NCBI RefSeq assembly: GCF_006345805.1
Contig: NC_042997.1
Location: 190,836,001-190,900,000, forward strand
Source: Octopus sinensis
Taxonomy: Eukaryota
Direction of reading: 5' to 3'
Length of the DNA: 64,000 nt
The position numbers were made by a program, and so were the translations under genes. Below, one piece after another: positions 25,747 through 37,994 of this stretch (within the stretch, counting starts at the first letter, position 1; every line of letters begins with the position of its first letter). The notes under the pieces were generated by a model that was not told where the DNA came from, did not search any database, and saw only the letters and a list, made by a program, of their open reading frames with translations.

Positions 25747-28700
25747 TGTATATATATATATATAAATATATATATATATATCAGGGACGTGCCGTTTAGG
25801 TAGGCAAGGTAGTTTTGCAATTCCTATAGATCTTTAATGTAATAATTTTCTGTGAAATTTATGCATAAACGGATGTTCTTTGAAGACTGAAACGATGCAT
25901 TTTTATTCTTTTATCTTTTAGTCAGAAAGATAAGTAATGGCATTACCTTTCACAGGTCCTCCAATACTGGTGTGAAGGAAGAAGGTTTCTTCAAATTGGA
26001 AACCCTGCCCGAATGCTTATCAGAGAGTGAACTCACCTAAAAACATCAAAGGGCCTTGAAATTTACTATACAAATAGTCCTTGGCAGGATTTGGACGTAG
26101 CAACCAAAGAGCCGGAACAAATACCACAAAGCAGCCGAACCGATAGTTTCTACAGTTCCACCTATTTACTGTCCTAGTTTGATAATTTTTTTCAGTCAAA
26201 CTTCAAAAGGATGAACGGCAAAGTTGACCTCGATTGAAATTAAACTCAGAACGCAGACTATCAGAACAAATGCTCATTTCTTTCTGCCACCATGTTCACT
26301 GTTGTTCCTTTTGGGTTTTAATTTTTCTGTTAATTGATGGTAGTTTTTCAGGTTTTAACATCTCATTTGTTTTGGAATATTTAATCACAGGATCTACCTT
26401 AATTATGTTCATACTTTCAATATAAGTCTGTCGTGGAATACTTTGTAACAGCACATACCATGTTCTACATTAGATTCGTACACTTAACGCCTAAACACAT
26501 CAGCTATCACTTACACACCCATGTAAAATCCTATTTTATTTTCTTGATTGTTTAATCAAAGCATGTAGGATAGGGTTCATAACCATTGCGGTGTCCCCGA
26601 GACAACTGGAAGAAATCGTGACTCATAATTTACTGCTCACCACTGCTTCGCTTGGCGTAAATAGTCCATCTGGAAATCAATGCCTTCGGATGGAACTGCT
26701 AGCAAAGCGAACAGTCTCCTGTAATGTTATTTACGAGATTAAGACCCTCGTGTATTTGTTCTGAACCTCTCCTAAAGAACTACTTCCACATTTACCCTTT
26801 GCTGTTTACCCTCTAGCAAAATAGCCTCATTTTGTAAGCAATATGTGATAGAAAGCAGTGCGTCAAAATATTAAGTTATTCTTAAACAGGAAACTTGATT
26901 GGTATACTTATAGTAATATTAGACCCCTATAAAAATATCCCAAGCTCAAGTCGTGGTGCTAAAACAGGTGGTAGACAGAAATAATTTTGTGGGCAGTCAC
27001 AAAGTAATTATTAGAAACGAGTTGTAATTTTGAGACGAAGAAGAAATCTTCGTAGCCGTAAAATCTTATATCAACAATATCAATGGATATCTCTGGCTCA
27101 ATAAAAGCAGTTAAAAGACCAAATACTTTCTCTGCGAATTGAAATGGAATGGAATACATTTTCTCCCGTAAGAAGACAGACATTTACATACAAACAAGGT
27201 TAAAAGGTAGTGATTATAGAGAAATACCTCTAATTTTACGGTCGTATCTTACACCATAACATATATGTGAAGCAACATCGTAGAATACATTCTAACTATA
27301 CACACCGTAAAGAGAACATCAAAGAATTTCCAAATTTTAACCTTGTCTTCTTTATTAGTCACTTTAGTATATATTTATTGTAAAAGAAACGCCAGTATCG
27401 CAGACCATTTTACAGAATATGTTCAGAATGTTATGAAAATCATTCACGATTGAATTATATTCACTAGACCACAATTTACCAAATCCGTCCGATTATGTAC
27501 ACTTTCTTCTCAGGAGCATGCCAGCTCTTACATGTAGGAAACGGAAAACTAAGTGTTAAGCCATCCACAGAAATATGCCAGCGTATCATGTATACTTCAA
27601 GTGTAAGTAATCATAAAAGATAACTTAAAAGAAGGATTCATACAAAGACACACACATAATAACATTAAATGTTAAATTTTGCCAGTCTCAATGCAGATTT
27701 ACTCTATTTATTCATCTCTTATTAATAGTTTTATATGGCATCTTGTTAAATCAGGTAGATAGCAACTGTGTTTTGCTAACGCATTAGAAATGTAAGAGAA
27801 AATATTCCGACTTGAAACGAAAAGAGATTTTTCAATTCAGTTCACCAAGAACTTACCATCACACCATAAGAGAGCCTTATGACTATAGCTGCTCATAGAG
27901 GGAGTCGTGTAACACTTCACCTACACTACACGACTAGAAGACAAAATTACAAAAGAAAAACCTAATAGTATATACGTTGAAATCAAATGAACACAAATTA
28001 CAAGCAATAATTAAATAAGTCGAGGAAAAACAAGAAGAAAAATCATTTGTAAAGCTGGAGACATTACACAGCAGTTCTTTGTACATCAACAAAGTGACAA
28101 CGACCGAAAGCAATACCAGATCTGGGGCAAAATAACTAATATAATTTTCTTGCTCTAAATTGCAGTTGCAATAAAATTAATGAATGTAAAATTGAGAAAA
28201 ATTACGAGAGACTCCAGAGAAAGTTCAACCTACAAGTTTGAGGGAAGATCTTAAAGCACACATCGTAAACGAACATATGAAACCACCAGGCAATATGGCA
28301 AACGCTACAGAGTTGACATAAATTCCCCTTGAATCAATTACATTATTTTGGTTCATTTCACGATTCGTATTTAATTTATTGAGAGAGACATAAACATAGC
28401 AATGTCCCACTGATCACTATAAATGCCCTACATTTTATATTTATATGAGGAATCTCTAATTTAGTTTCTGATTGTGACAGTTTCACTTCATCAAATTTGT
28501 TTACGGCATAAAAAATGATTCGGCAGACACAATTTTAAATATGTGTCCCTATATGTAACTTGAGGCTTTGGAACCTTATGTGAGATTTTTGCATCACTTA
28601 GGAAAATGCCTACCTTATAGTAAAAGCTTGCACACCGTACATTATACAAATATCATACTCAGAACAATAGTCAGGTTCTGGTGGAAAAACAAACGAGATA

Positions 28701-29020
28701 ATTGAACGACTCTGATTTGAGACTGAACACTGGAGTTGTTTTTCCAACCCTACCTTCGACCGCCCATTTAAGATTTGGACTTAGTACAAACTACTTAATT
28801 ATTTGTTAGTTTTAAAGTGTCACCGCTCCGCAGAGCGATGAAATATTTCTACCCTAAGGTACCCATTTACAGTCAAATAAACTCGACCATTTGCATCTGA
28901 CACAGCAGTACAATGAGGGGTTACAAACGACTGGAATCAGTAACCTTTGCACACGGCTATTCATTCGGTTAATGCTTACTCCTTTACAAGAAAAAAAATG
29001 TAAGTTTTATACGTAGACAC

Positions 29021-29278
29021 TTTTTTTATTTAAGCACCCTTTTCAAGCCTAGCCAGGCTCATGGGCCCGGTTTTCCGGTTTCTGAGGCGTATGTGTTCTT
29101 CCCAGCTGGACGGGATGCCAGTCCATCTCAGCATTACTCAAGAAACAGGAAGAAAGAGTGAGAGAAAGTTGGGGCGAAAGAGTACAACAGGGTCGCCACC
29201 ACCCCCTGCCGAAGCCATGGGAATCGAAACTCCGACCGCGAATCCGCTGCCCTAACCACAGGGTCATTGCGCCTCCAC
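29021..29278 (-). mobile_element. SINE, family B-type head with gaaaaccgggcccatgag tail
   Basis: Minus strand reads gtggaggcgcaatgaccctgtggttaggg...ttcgattccc, with an A-rich tail. Confidence 0.8.
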
Positions 29279-29604
29279 ATACGTAGACACTGCTTAATAC
29301 AAAACAACAAATGCGGCAGCTATTCTAATTAATCTTTCTTTTACCTTTTCTTTGTTTCAGTCATTGGACTGCGACCCTTTAAGGGTTTAGTCGAACAAGT
29401 CGACCCCGATAACTATTTTAATTTTAAACCCTGTGCTTATTCTATCTCATGCCGAAGCGCTAGATTACAAAAGCGTAAACACACCATTTATCAAGTGGTG
29501 GTGGGGAATATGTATAAACACACACGCACACACACACATGTATGTATGTATGTATGTATGTATGTATGTATGTATGTATGTATGTATGTATGTATGTATG
29601 TATG

Positions 29605-29993
29605 TTACACTTCCAGATGGGAAAGGTATTCCTATAATGCAGACATGCAGTGTCTGTGCAAGACCCTGCCTCAGTAAAGCTGAACTCAAGAGACATCTTT
29701 GTAGTCATAAAGCGAGACAGATGAGTGACAACCTGGCCACTGGAGGTGGTGTTACACACCATACTAATCATATCTGTCGGGCATGTGGAAGAGAGTGTAA
29801 TTCAGCAGGAGGACTTAAACGACATGCAAAGGTACATGAAGCCCAGTTACAACTACAGCCGGCTATTACCAGTAAAGGTCTTAGTTGCCAATTCTGTACA
29901 AGACATTGTAGATCTTTAGCTGGGCTAAAAAGTCACATTCGATCACAGCACCAGTAACAGTTAAGCTTCGATAACGAGGGGGCAGCCATCATC
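29605..29993 (+). mobile_element. 3' end of an RTE-like LINE encoding three C2H2 zinc fingers, inside (TATG)n
   Basis: CSVC-X12-HLCSH, CRAC-X12-HAKVH, CQFC-X12-HIRSQH, stop at 29955-29957, short 3' UTR ending gccatcatc; no Met or splice context upstream. Confidence 0.7.
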
Positions 29994-30103
29994 ATGTATG
30001 TATGTATGTATGTATGTATGTATGTATGTATGTATGTATGTATGTATGTATGTATGTTGGTATGTATGTATGTATGTATGTACGTACAACGGTATTCTTT
30101 CAG

Positions 30104-30311
30104 CTGACAGAAACGTTAGCACGCCGGGCGAAATGCGTAGCCGTATTTCGTCTGCCGTTACGTTCTGTGTTCAAATTCCGCCAAGGTCGACTTTGCCTTT
30201 CATCCTTTCGGGGTCGATAAATAAAGAACCAGTTTCTCACTGGGGTCGATATAATCGACTTAATCCGTTTGTCCCCTCTGTGTTTAGCCCCTTGTGGGTA
30301 GTAAAGAAATA
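30104..30311 (+). mobile_element. Meta-domain-like SINE (family C) with 13-bp TSD
   Basis: TSD GGTATTCTTTCAG at 30091-30103 and 30312-30324. Confidence 0.92.
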
Positions 30312-30981
30312 GGTATTCTTTCAGTTTCCATCTACCATATCCACCCAACTCACAATCTTCGGTCGGCCCGTGGCTACAATAGAAAACACTTTACCCAAGG
30401 TACAACGCACTGAGACTGATCTCGTAACCGTGTGGTTGAGAAGCAGAAACGTCTTGCAAAGTTCCAAAATTATTTAACAACTTAAGAGATTATGAGTGTT
30501 ACGTAATTTTCTAAGTTATTTACATCATTGTAAGAAAGGAAAATTACAGCGGCAGAGAATAACATGCTTTTAGAGTACCGGGCGTTAAAGACATTTTTAC
30601 TGTGAAGTTCATGACAGCTATTATGAATGGAATATTAATCAAAAAAACAAACTAGAATAGTGATTCGGTTGCATAGGTCAGGTTTTTTGGTTTTGTTTTT
30701 GTCTTTGTTGGGGTTTTTTTTGCATGTCCTCGATACGCAAAGATTATTTTGTCGTTCACTTAGTAAATGTAGGAAGCTTTACGAAGATTCTACATGGGAG
30801 AGTCATCAGATATGCGGAAGATATGTAGTTGGTATTTTGTCAAGCGAGTGGTATATTGCCACGAGTTGGTTTTCAGCCTTCTGCTAAGCGGCAAACGAAA
30901 TTTCATACACATATCTACACACATATATACATACGTTTATATAAACATTCACATACATACATACATACACATACATATATA

Positions 30982-31015
<34 letters not shown>

Positions 31016-31129
31016 CGTGCGTGTGTGCGTACATGTGTGTGTGTATACAAACTTATTTCAGTGTATGTCAAAGTTTGATACTTGCATAGAAAAGTAAAAG
31101 TCGAAAGCTACGGTATGTTCATATTTCTT

Positions 31130-31195
<66 letters not shown>

Positions 31196-31218
31196 ATATA
31201 TATATATATATATATATA

Positions 31219-33128
31219 TTCTTTTATTCTTTTATTCTTTTATTCTTTTAAATGTTTCAGCCTTGTGGCTGCGGCCATGCTGGGGCACCGCCATTGTAAT
31301 CACCTTTTAATTGGCCAGTTCTATGAGTTTGGCTTCTGGTGAAGGAGGGAGTTCAATATCGCTGCCCTTTTTTGAGTTTTCTGCCTTGATATTGGTTCAT
31401 TTGGGATCTTGGATAGTAAGAGGTCATGTTGTTTCTTGAAAACATCTACATGGAGGACTCTCAGATGTTTTGGCAAGGAGTTAGATAGCTGTAGACCCTT
31501 GAATCCCAAGCTATTGCAGTACATGGTCCTCGATCTAGATGAGACAGATGGGACTTTTGGAACAGTGCAGTGACGTCCATTTCGAGGTCTGCTATAACTC
31601 TCAATTCCAATGTTTAGTGCCAGCCCCTCCAGTGTCTTCCATACATATATCATTGCGTACCTCTCTCGTCTTCATTCCAAAGAGTAGAGTCGTAGCTCTT
31701 TCAGTCTCTCCTAGTAGCTCAGCTGTTCCATTGATGCAATCTTACTTGTGTAGTGTCTCTGAACTGCCTTAAGTTCTGCTATTAATCCTTGTGTGTAAGG
31801 TGACCATAGTTGAGAGCTGTAATCCAGACGGCTGAGGGCAAATGTCCTCCATAGGACCAGCATAGATTCCTGCTCCCTTGTTCTGAAGGTTCTCTGAATC
31901 CATCCGGTCATTCGCCTGCACACTGTCACCATCTTGGTGACTTGCATGTGAAACGAGGCATCGTTGCTCATATCAATACCAAGATCACGCACCGTATGTG
32001 ATTCTTGGATTTCCGCTCCTTTTGGTCCAAAGTATCGTTGTTGTATCTCCTGAGCACCAATTAGCTGGTAGCGGGGGGCTTGGAATTTGCTTGCATTAAA
32101 TTGCATGTTGTTGTCCTCAGCCCATTTATATATGGCATCTAGGTCTTTCATTTCTTGGAGGCTCTCTACTAATGAATCCCCCTGATTTGGAGCATCTGGT
32201 GGGCGATATATGGTACATATTATTAGTTCCATCTGTTTAATGTGTACCACCAGTGTGTCAGAGACTGAGTCTGAGTGTGACAGCAGGACCACAGGTGTGA
32301 CATCTTCCCGGATGTACATTGCCACAACACCATGGGTCCTTTCTTTCCTGTCTGTTCGAAACACAACATACCCTGGTATGTGTATCTCAGCATCTGATAT
32401 GTTCGCATTCAGATGTGTTTGTGTTAGTGACACACATATTGCTTGATTCCATTCCACTAAGTCACTCAAGTACTGTGTTTTGCGTTGTTGGGATGTTACG
32501 AGACCCCTGCCCCTGATGCTCAGCAAGAATACGAGTGTGACATGCAGGGTGTCAGTAACGGCCACCGGTCTGACATGTGAAGAGGTGTCAGAGGTAGCCA
32601 CCCTGTTTGAGGTGGTCGTGGGCACTGGAACATGTTCCTCATACTGGATGTCTGGTGAAGCCAGGTCAGCTGTCTTACAATCTTCTGGGCGACCTCCAAA
32701 AGAGCCTGTTGTTCAGCGGCTGCTATCTGCACTGCATCAACAGTTCGTTTCCTCCTAAGAGCAGTGAGTGGACCATCCACACACTTCTATGGTGGTGGCA
32801 TTGTATCTTGTGATCTGATGCAGTGTTGTTGGCGGTTGTTCTTCCCGGCCTGCAGGCGAGTGGAACGAGCACTGCTCATGTGGGATTTGGGATGAGCAAA
32901 TCTGCAGCCTGTCCCAATGTCCCCATGCGAGCAGGTACCCTTTACATAGAACTTGCAGACTGGTTTGGCTTCCTTTATACCAGAGCCATTACCTTTGCCG
33001 GTTCTATTTAGTTTTCCTTGTGAATCCACCTTGGGCCCACATCCATTCTCAACCCGCCAGCCCACACTGGTGCCTTTGTTTTTGTTTGTTTCTCCTGCTT
33101 TACTTTGCTGCTGTTTTTCTTCTCCGTG
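31219..33128 (-). mobile_element. CR1-like LINE: ORF1 CCCH finger, endonuclease N-half fused to the RT C-terminus by internal deletion, intact 3' tail
   Basis: CKFYVKGTCSHGDIGTGCRFAHPK; LTQTHL, GYVVFRTDR, IYRPP; DLDAIYKWAEDNNMQFNASKF, SRLDYSSQLWSP; (ATAAAAGA)n tail. Confidence 0.88.
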
Positions 33129-33590
33129 CCTGTTAACCTTCCTCTGATATTGCTGCACTTCTTATGTTCATAGCTTGCACCAAATACACTCTACAGAGTT
33201 TCTACCTACAACTTTTCCACATATTGAGCAGGGCCTTCTATCTGAAAGGATTTGTGTTTTGTCTGCTTTCCTACCAATTAAGACTTTGGTTTTTGCTAAA
33301 TTAACTCTTTGATTCTAGACCTTGCTTCCACACCTGAATTTTTTTCTACAGTTCTGGTAGTGATTTAGCTATGAGAACAAGGTCATCAGTGTAGAGGAAC
33401 TCCCAGGGGCAGCCTAACTTAAATTTCTCTGTTATTGCCTGGAGAACTATGATAAACAAGAGGGGGATAAAGACCGACCCTTGGTGAATCCTACTCATAT
33501 ACTGAATTCATTACTATATTTGTTGCCAGACAGCATCCCTGTATATGTCTTGCAGAGCTCTCACCAGCCTCTTCTTTATCCCTTGTTTTG
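33129..33590 (-). mobile_element. RTE-clade LINE RT fragment with a Cys-rich insert
   Basis: GSVFIPLLFIIVL, CPWEFLYTDDLVLIA, VNLAKTKV, CSICGKVVGRNSVECIWCKL. Confidence 0.8.
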
Positions 33591-33732
33591 TTCCTCTCTT
33601 TGAGCCTTATCCTGACCCTTTTCGGATTCTATGTGGTCACTAGCTTCCTTTTCTTTTTCACACTTTTTTCACACTTCACCACTACTTTATTTTCTCTAAG
33701 TCCAAGTGTGATTGTATTAAGGTTGTATAAGG

Positions 33733-33766
<34 letters not shown>

Positions 33767-34083
33767 TATGTCATGGGTGTTTATATATATGTGTGTGTGT
33801 ACGTATTTATTTATTGGGGTGTATATTTATATGTATATATACATATAACCCCATAGATAAATACGCACATACGCATACACACACACACACATACATATAT
33901 ATACGAGTATATATATATATATACACCCATAATAAATACGTACATATATATATAGAGAGAGAGAGGAAGAGAGAGAGATTGTAAAGAAATATATAAACAA
34001 ACGCACACACACAAATAGATATATATGTATGTGTATATATATGCGTATATATATATGTATATATGTATATATATATCTGTATA

Positions 34084-34118
<35 letters not shown>

Positions 34119-34574
34119 ATACGGTACTTGTCTGCATTTTTTTCCGTTTATTTATTTTTTTTTTTGTATAATTATTTTTAAGGACGTTGAAACAGAATAA
34201 TTATTTCAGGCGATTTGTGCTAATGAGAGTGGGAAGTCGTTAAACAAATTGGATTCATGTTGTTTTTTTTTTTTTGTTTTTCTTCTTATTTATCATCTTT
34301 TAAGATTCAGTGGCCGTGAAGTAAACTGCCGGAATTTTTTAAGTTCGCGTGCACGTGCGTGTGTGCGTGCGTGCGTGCGTTCGTGTGTGAAGAGGAAGGG
34401 TTTTTTTTTTTTGTTGTTGCTTTGTGTTATTTCTTTCTTTTGTGTTCTATACTTTTGTTTTTTGTTGTTTGTTGTTTGTTGTTTTTTTCTTTCATTTGTT
34501 TTATGCGCGTCAATAAAGTTTCTGCTTTGTTGTAAGAAATTAATAGCCATACAAGTAGCAAGGAATGAGTCAAC

Positions 34575-35246
34575 GTAGAAGCCTTTAGAGCGTCGGGTTT
34601 ACAATCGCTGGGTAGTGAGTTCGATTCCCTGACCGGACTATACTCTTTTTTACTCTTTTACTCTCTTTACTTGTTTCAGTCATTTTGACTGCGGCCATGC
34701 TGGAGCACCGCCTTTAGTCGAGCAAATCGACCCCAGGACTTATTCTTTGTAAGCCCAGTACTTATTCTATCGGTCTCCTTTGCCGAACCGCTAAGTGACG
34801 GGGACGTAAACACACCAGGATCGGTTGTCAAGCAATGCTAGGGAGACAAACACAGTTTCCGTCTACCAAATCCACTCACAAAGGCATTGGTCGGCCCGGG
34901 GCTATAGCAGAAGACACTTGCCCAAGATGCCACGCAGTGGGACTGAACCGGGAACCATGCGGTTGGTAAGCAAGCTACTTACCACACAGCCACTCCTGCG
35001 CCTATGTAGTGTGTGCTTGAGCAAGACACTTTATTTCACGTTGCTCCAGTTCACTCTGCTATAGAAATGAGTCGCGATGTCACTGGTGCCAAACTGTGTT
35101 AGCTTTTGTTTTTCCTTTGGATAACATCGGTGGCGTAGAGACAGGAAGCTGGTATGCACTGGTGACTGCTGGTCTTGCACAAACAACCTCGCCAAGAACT
35201 TTCTAGGTGCAATTTCATGGCCTGTCGTGACCGAGGTGTTTTTACC
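34575..35246 (+). mobile_element. Family B SINE interrupted by a minus-strand family A SINE (about 34638-35004)
   Basis: Head ends ttcgattccctgaccggact; CORE block resumes at 35005 with gcttgagcaagacactttatttcacgttgctcc. Confidence 0.85.
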
Positions 35247-35263
35247 TTATATATTTATGCATA

Positions 35264-35661
35264 TCTTTATATATAAAAGTGAAGTTGTGTGTCTGTCTCC
35301 TACGATTTAGATTCCTAACTACTCCCACATTTTGCGGTGCAGTTTAACCAAAAGCGGGTATCTTATAGTCGCGATTTATATCGAGCCCTTCTGGGTATTA
35401 GCGCGCGTCTACGATGAGTCTACGATTTTAAAAATAAATTACCATCATTTTTTTCCATTTTAATGCATTTTTTTCGTTATTATATAAGGGAAGTAACTCT
35501 CTAAAAATGTCTACGATGAGTCAACGATTTTTAAAAAAAATTACCATCATTTTTTTTCCATTTTTAATGCATTTTTTTGCTATTTTTTGGCTAAAACTCT
35601 CTAAAAATGCTTTATAGTTATTTCCCTTACAAACCCGAGCAACGCCGAGCGATACTGCTAG
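35264..35661 (+). mobile_element. Non-autonomous Helitron-like element, family H3, with an internal tandem duplication
   Basis: A^TC start; 3' aaacccgagcaacgccgagcgatactgCTAG, the same end as H1. Confidence 0.82.
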
Positions 35662-36215
35662 TCTATTATATAAAATCCGTTTTGTCTGTGTGTGTGTGTC
35701 TTCTAGGATTTCGGGCATCCTCCATCCGATTGCGCTCAAATTTAATATGTAGATACCGACGGAATCAGGGCGTGTATAAGTCTTGAAAAAATTGCAAAAA
35801 TCGATTCCAGGTGAGAATGCGATCGATAAAGCTGTTTTTGTCCTGCTTTTCTTCCGTCAACTTGTACATAACTGCACCTTCCATTTTTTTCTGTTTTTGT
35901 ACTGCTTAAAGGCACGTTTCTTTCCTGCCAAGCTCACTATTTAAACCATGTTTGTGTTCTCCCAGTCAACAGCCTTATCATTACTGGTACTTTAAACTCT
36001 TCGGTTACATATTTGTGTCAATAAAATCGTTTTTCTTTGGAATAGAAAAGGTCTATCCTTATTTGTTCTTTTGCTGGTGTCTCAAATTTAGGTTAAATCA
36101 GTGTTTCTCAAAGGGGAGGCCTATGGGACGGTCGGACAAATTGTTTTGAGAAAATTTGGTTTAAATGTTTAACAACTCAGCACCGTCCATTGGACGGGGG
36201 GGGGCGTTTTGCTCG
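35662..36215 (+). mobile_element. Helitron-like element H2, abutting H3 head-to-tail, with about 190 bp of extra sequence
   Basis: TC start directly after CTAG; colinear with 25393-25746 except for 35833-36022. Confidence 0.78.
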
Positions 36216-36699
36216 TTAATTATAATTTCATTTTTTTCCTCGATTACATCATTGTGCTTATACAAAATGCATTCCACATAAAAACTTTTATTAAAATAAA
36301 ATCAGCAAAACAAAATTTTCTGTTGTATAGTTACAATCAGTATGTTTACACTGATAGTAAAATCGCTTAACTATCAATTTCATATAGAAGTAACATGACA
36401 TTCGCAATAGTAGCAAAAGTACAGTCATTTGACGGGTAAAACTCTAGTTAGTATATAGTAATCAATGGAGACGAGACTTATCTCCCTTTGCAAGTCTATG
36501 GTAATGCATTACGAAAATCCAACGATCCTATCAAGAAACTAAAAAGTGGTTTATGAGACATTACATCTTCCTCTCCTATCAGCTTCTCTCGGATATTCTC
36601 AGCGTGCATCTAAAATGTCACTTCAGTTGGCCACTAACACTTATGGGCGACATGTTCTTAATGTCTCTAAACGTCTAAAGAAATTTGGTTACCCAACTC

Positions 36700-36960
36700 T
36701 CGTCAGGACGTATTGGGCCGCCAGACTAAAACACCACGACCGCCCAGCTTCACGTTTTTGTTCATGACCATCGAATTACCATACGAGTCTAGAAAATTCG
36801 TGTTTATCACTTGATCCATGCCTTTCCAAAACATCTTTAACCTGGCACTGTATTCGACCAGTATAAGAGGAACAAAAATCTCGTGGCCGGCAAAGGAAGG
36901 CATCTCGGAAATCCAGACCTCGCTAATGACTACCACATCTAAAATTAACAACTTGTAACC
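36700..36960 (-). mobile_element. Highly decayed LINE endonuclease-like fragment
   Basis: LDVVVISEVW...PSFAGHEIF resembles APE domain II (D...l.EtW...GY..F). Confidence 0.35.
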
Positions 36961-36964
36961 GTCT

Positions 36965-37350
36965 GTCTTCATGTTCTAGGTTCAAATTCCGCCCTGGACG
37001 ACTTAGCATTTCATCTTTTCTGTCTCGATACAATAAGTACCAGTTGAACACTGGGGTCGATGTAATCAGCTTACACTCTTACTGGTGGCTTTGTGCAATA
37101 TTTGAAACCATTATTATTGCTGTTGTTGTTGTTGTTAGGGCCGCAAACTGGCAGAATCGTTAGCACACTGGACGAATTGCTTGGCGGTATTTCGCCCGTT
37201 AGTACGTTCTGAGTTCAAATTCCGCCGAGGTCGACTTTTTTCATCCTTTAGTTGTCGATAAATTAAGTACCAGTGAAACACTGGGTCGATGTAATCAACT
37301 AGTCCCCTCCCCCAAAATTTCAAGCCTTGCGCCTTTAGCAGAAAGGATTA
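36965..37350 (+). mobile_element. Two tandem family C SINEs
   Basis: ggttcaaattccgcc...actggggtcgatgtaatc occurs twice; the second copy ends in an (ATT)n tail. Confidence 0.85.
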
Positions 37351-37356
37351 TTATTA

Positions 37357-37409
<53 letters not shown>

Positions 37410-37960
37410 GAGTGAGAGAGCAGTGCATGCCATCAAAGTGACGCTGGGGTAAAATATACGAAGCCAAGTATACCCATCATAACCATCCGTCTGATAAGGG
37501 TACACTAGGTACATGCATCACAACCAAATGTGCGCGACATGGTGATCTTATATCAAGATAAACAGCACATGACCTTGCAGGTGGGGCCCAGTTAGAATTT
37601 TCTTCAGGTCAAGTAGTCTATCCCACTCAAAAGGTCCCTGAATAAGGATTGTTTAAGGTTGTTGAATAAAATACCCATGCTTCTAAAAGTGAATTACCCA
37701 AACCCCAATTCCTCTCAGCACATGGCTATGATGCTCCCCCACTACTTCTGCTCGTGGTCAGAGATGCACATATCGTCAGCCACTAAGGGACACGCTCAAC
37801 TGGTTAAGGTCAAACAACTGACAAGCAAATCTGTGGTATTGAGCAGAATATTTACTGTAGCCCATCATTTATGCCAAGACAAAATCACGTACATGTTAAC
37901 ACTTCCAACCAGTTAAGATCAGAAGTCATGAGAGCCACTGTCTGGTATTGCATCAGGGCA
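37410..37960 (-). mobile_element. Noncoding 3' end of a probable non-LTR element embedded in (ATT)n
   Basis: 551-bp complex sequence with (ATT)n directly on both sides; no ORF recognised; orientation inferred. Confidence 0.5.

Positions 37961-37994
<34 letters not shown>

Larger units (their letters stand above)
29340..30445 (-). mobile_element. Old SINE family A copy hosting two nested insertions
   Basis: Tail half at 29340-29530; head half resumes at 30312 (ttctttcagtttccatctacca...cccaagg). Confidence 0.75.

Noticed and set aside
26959-27183. 74-aa minus-strand ORF
   Set aside because: No recognisable motif; other frames are comparably open, so it cannot be supported.
29433-29957. 174-aa ORF as a host C2H2-ZNF gene
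   Set aside because: The N-terminus is SINE and (TATG)n sequence, there are no canonical linkers or splice context, and the 3' end is retroelement-like.
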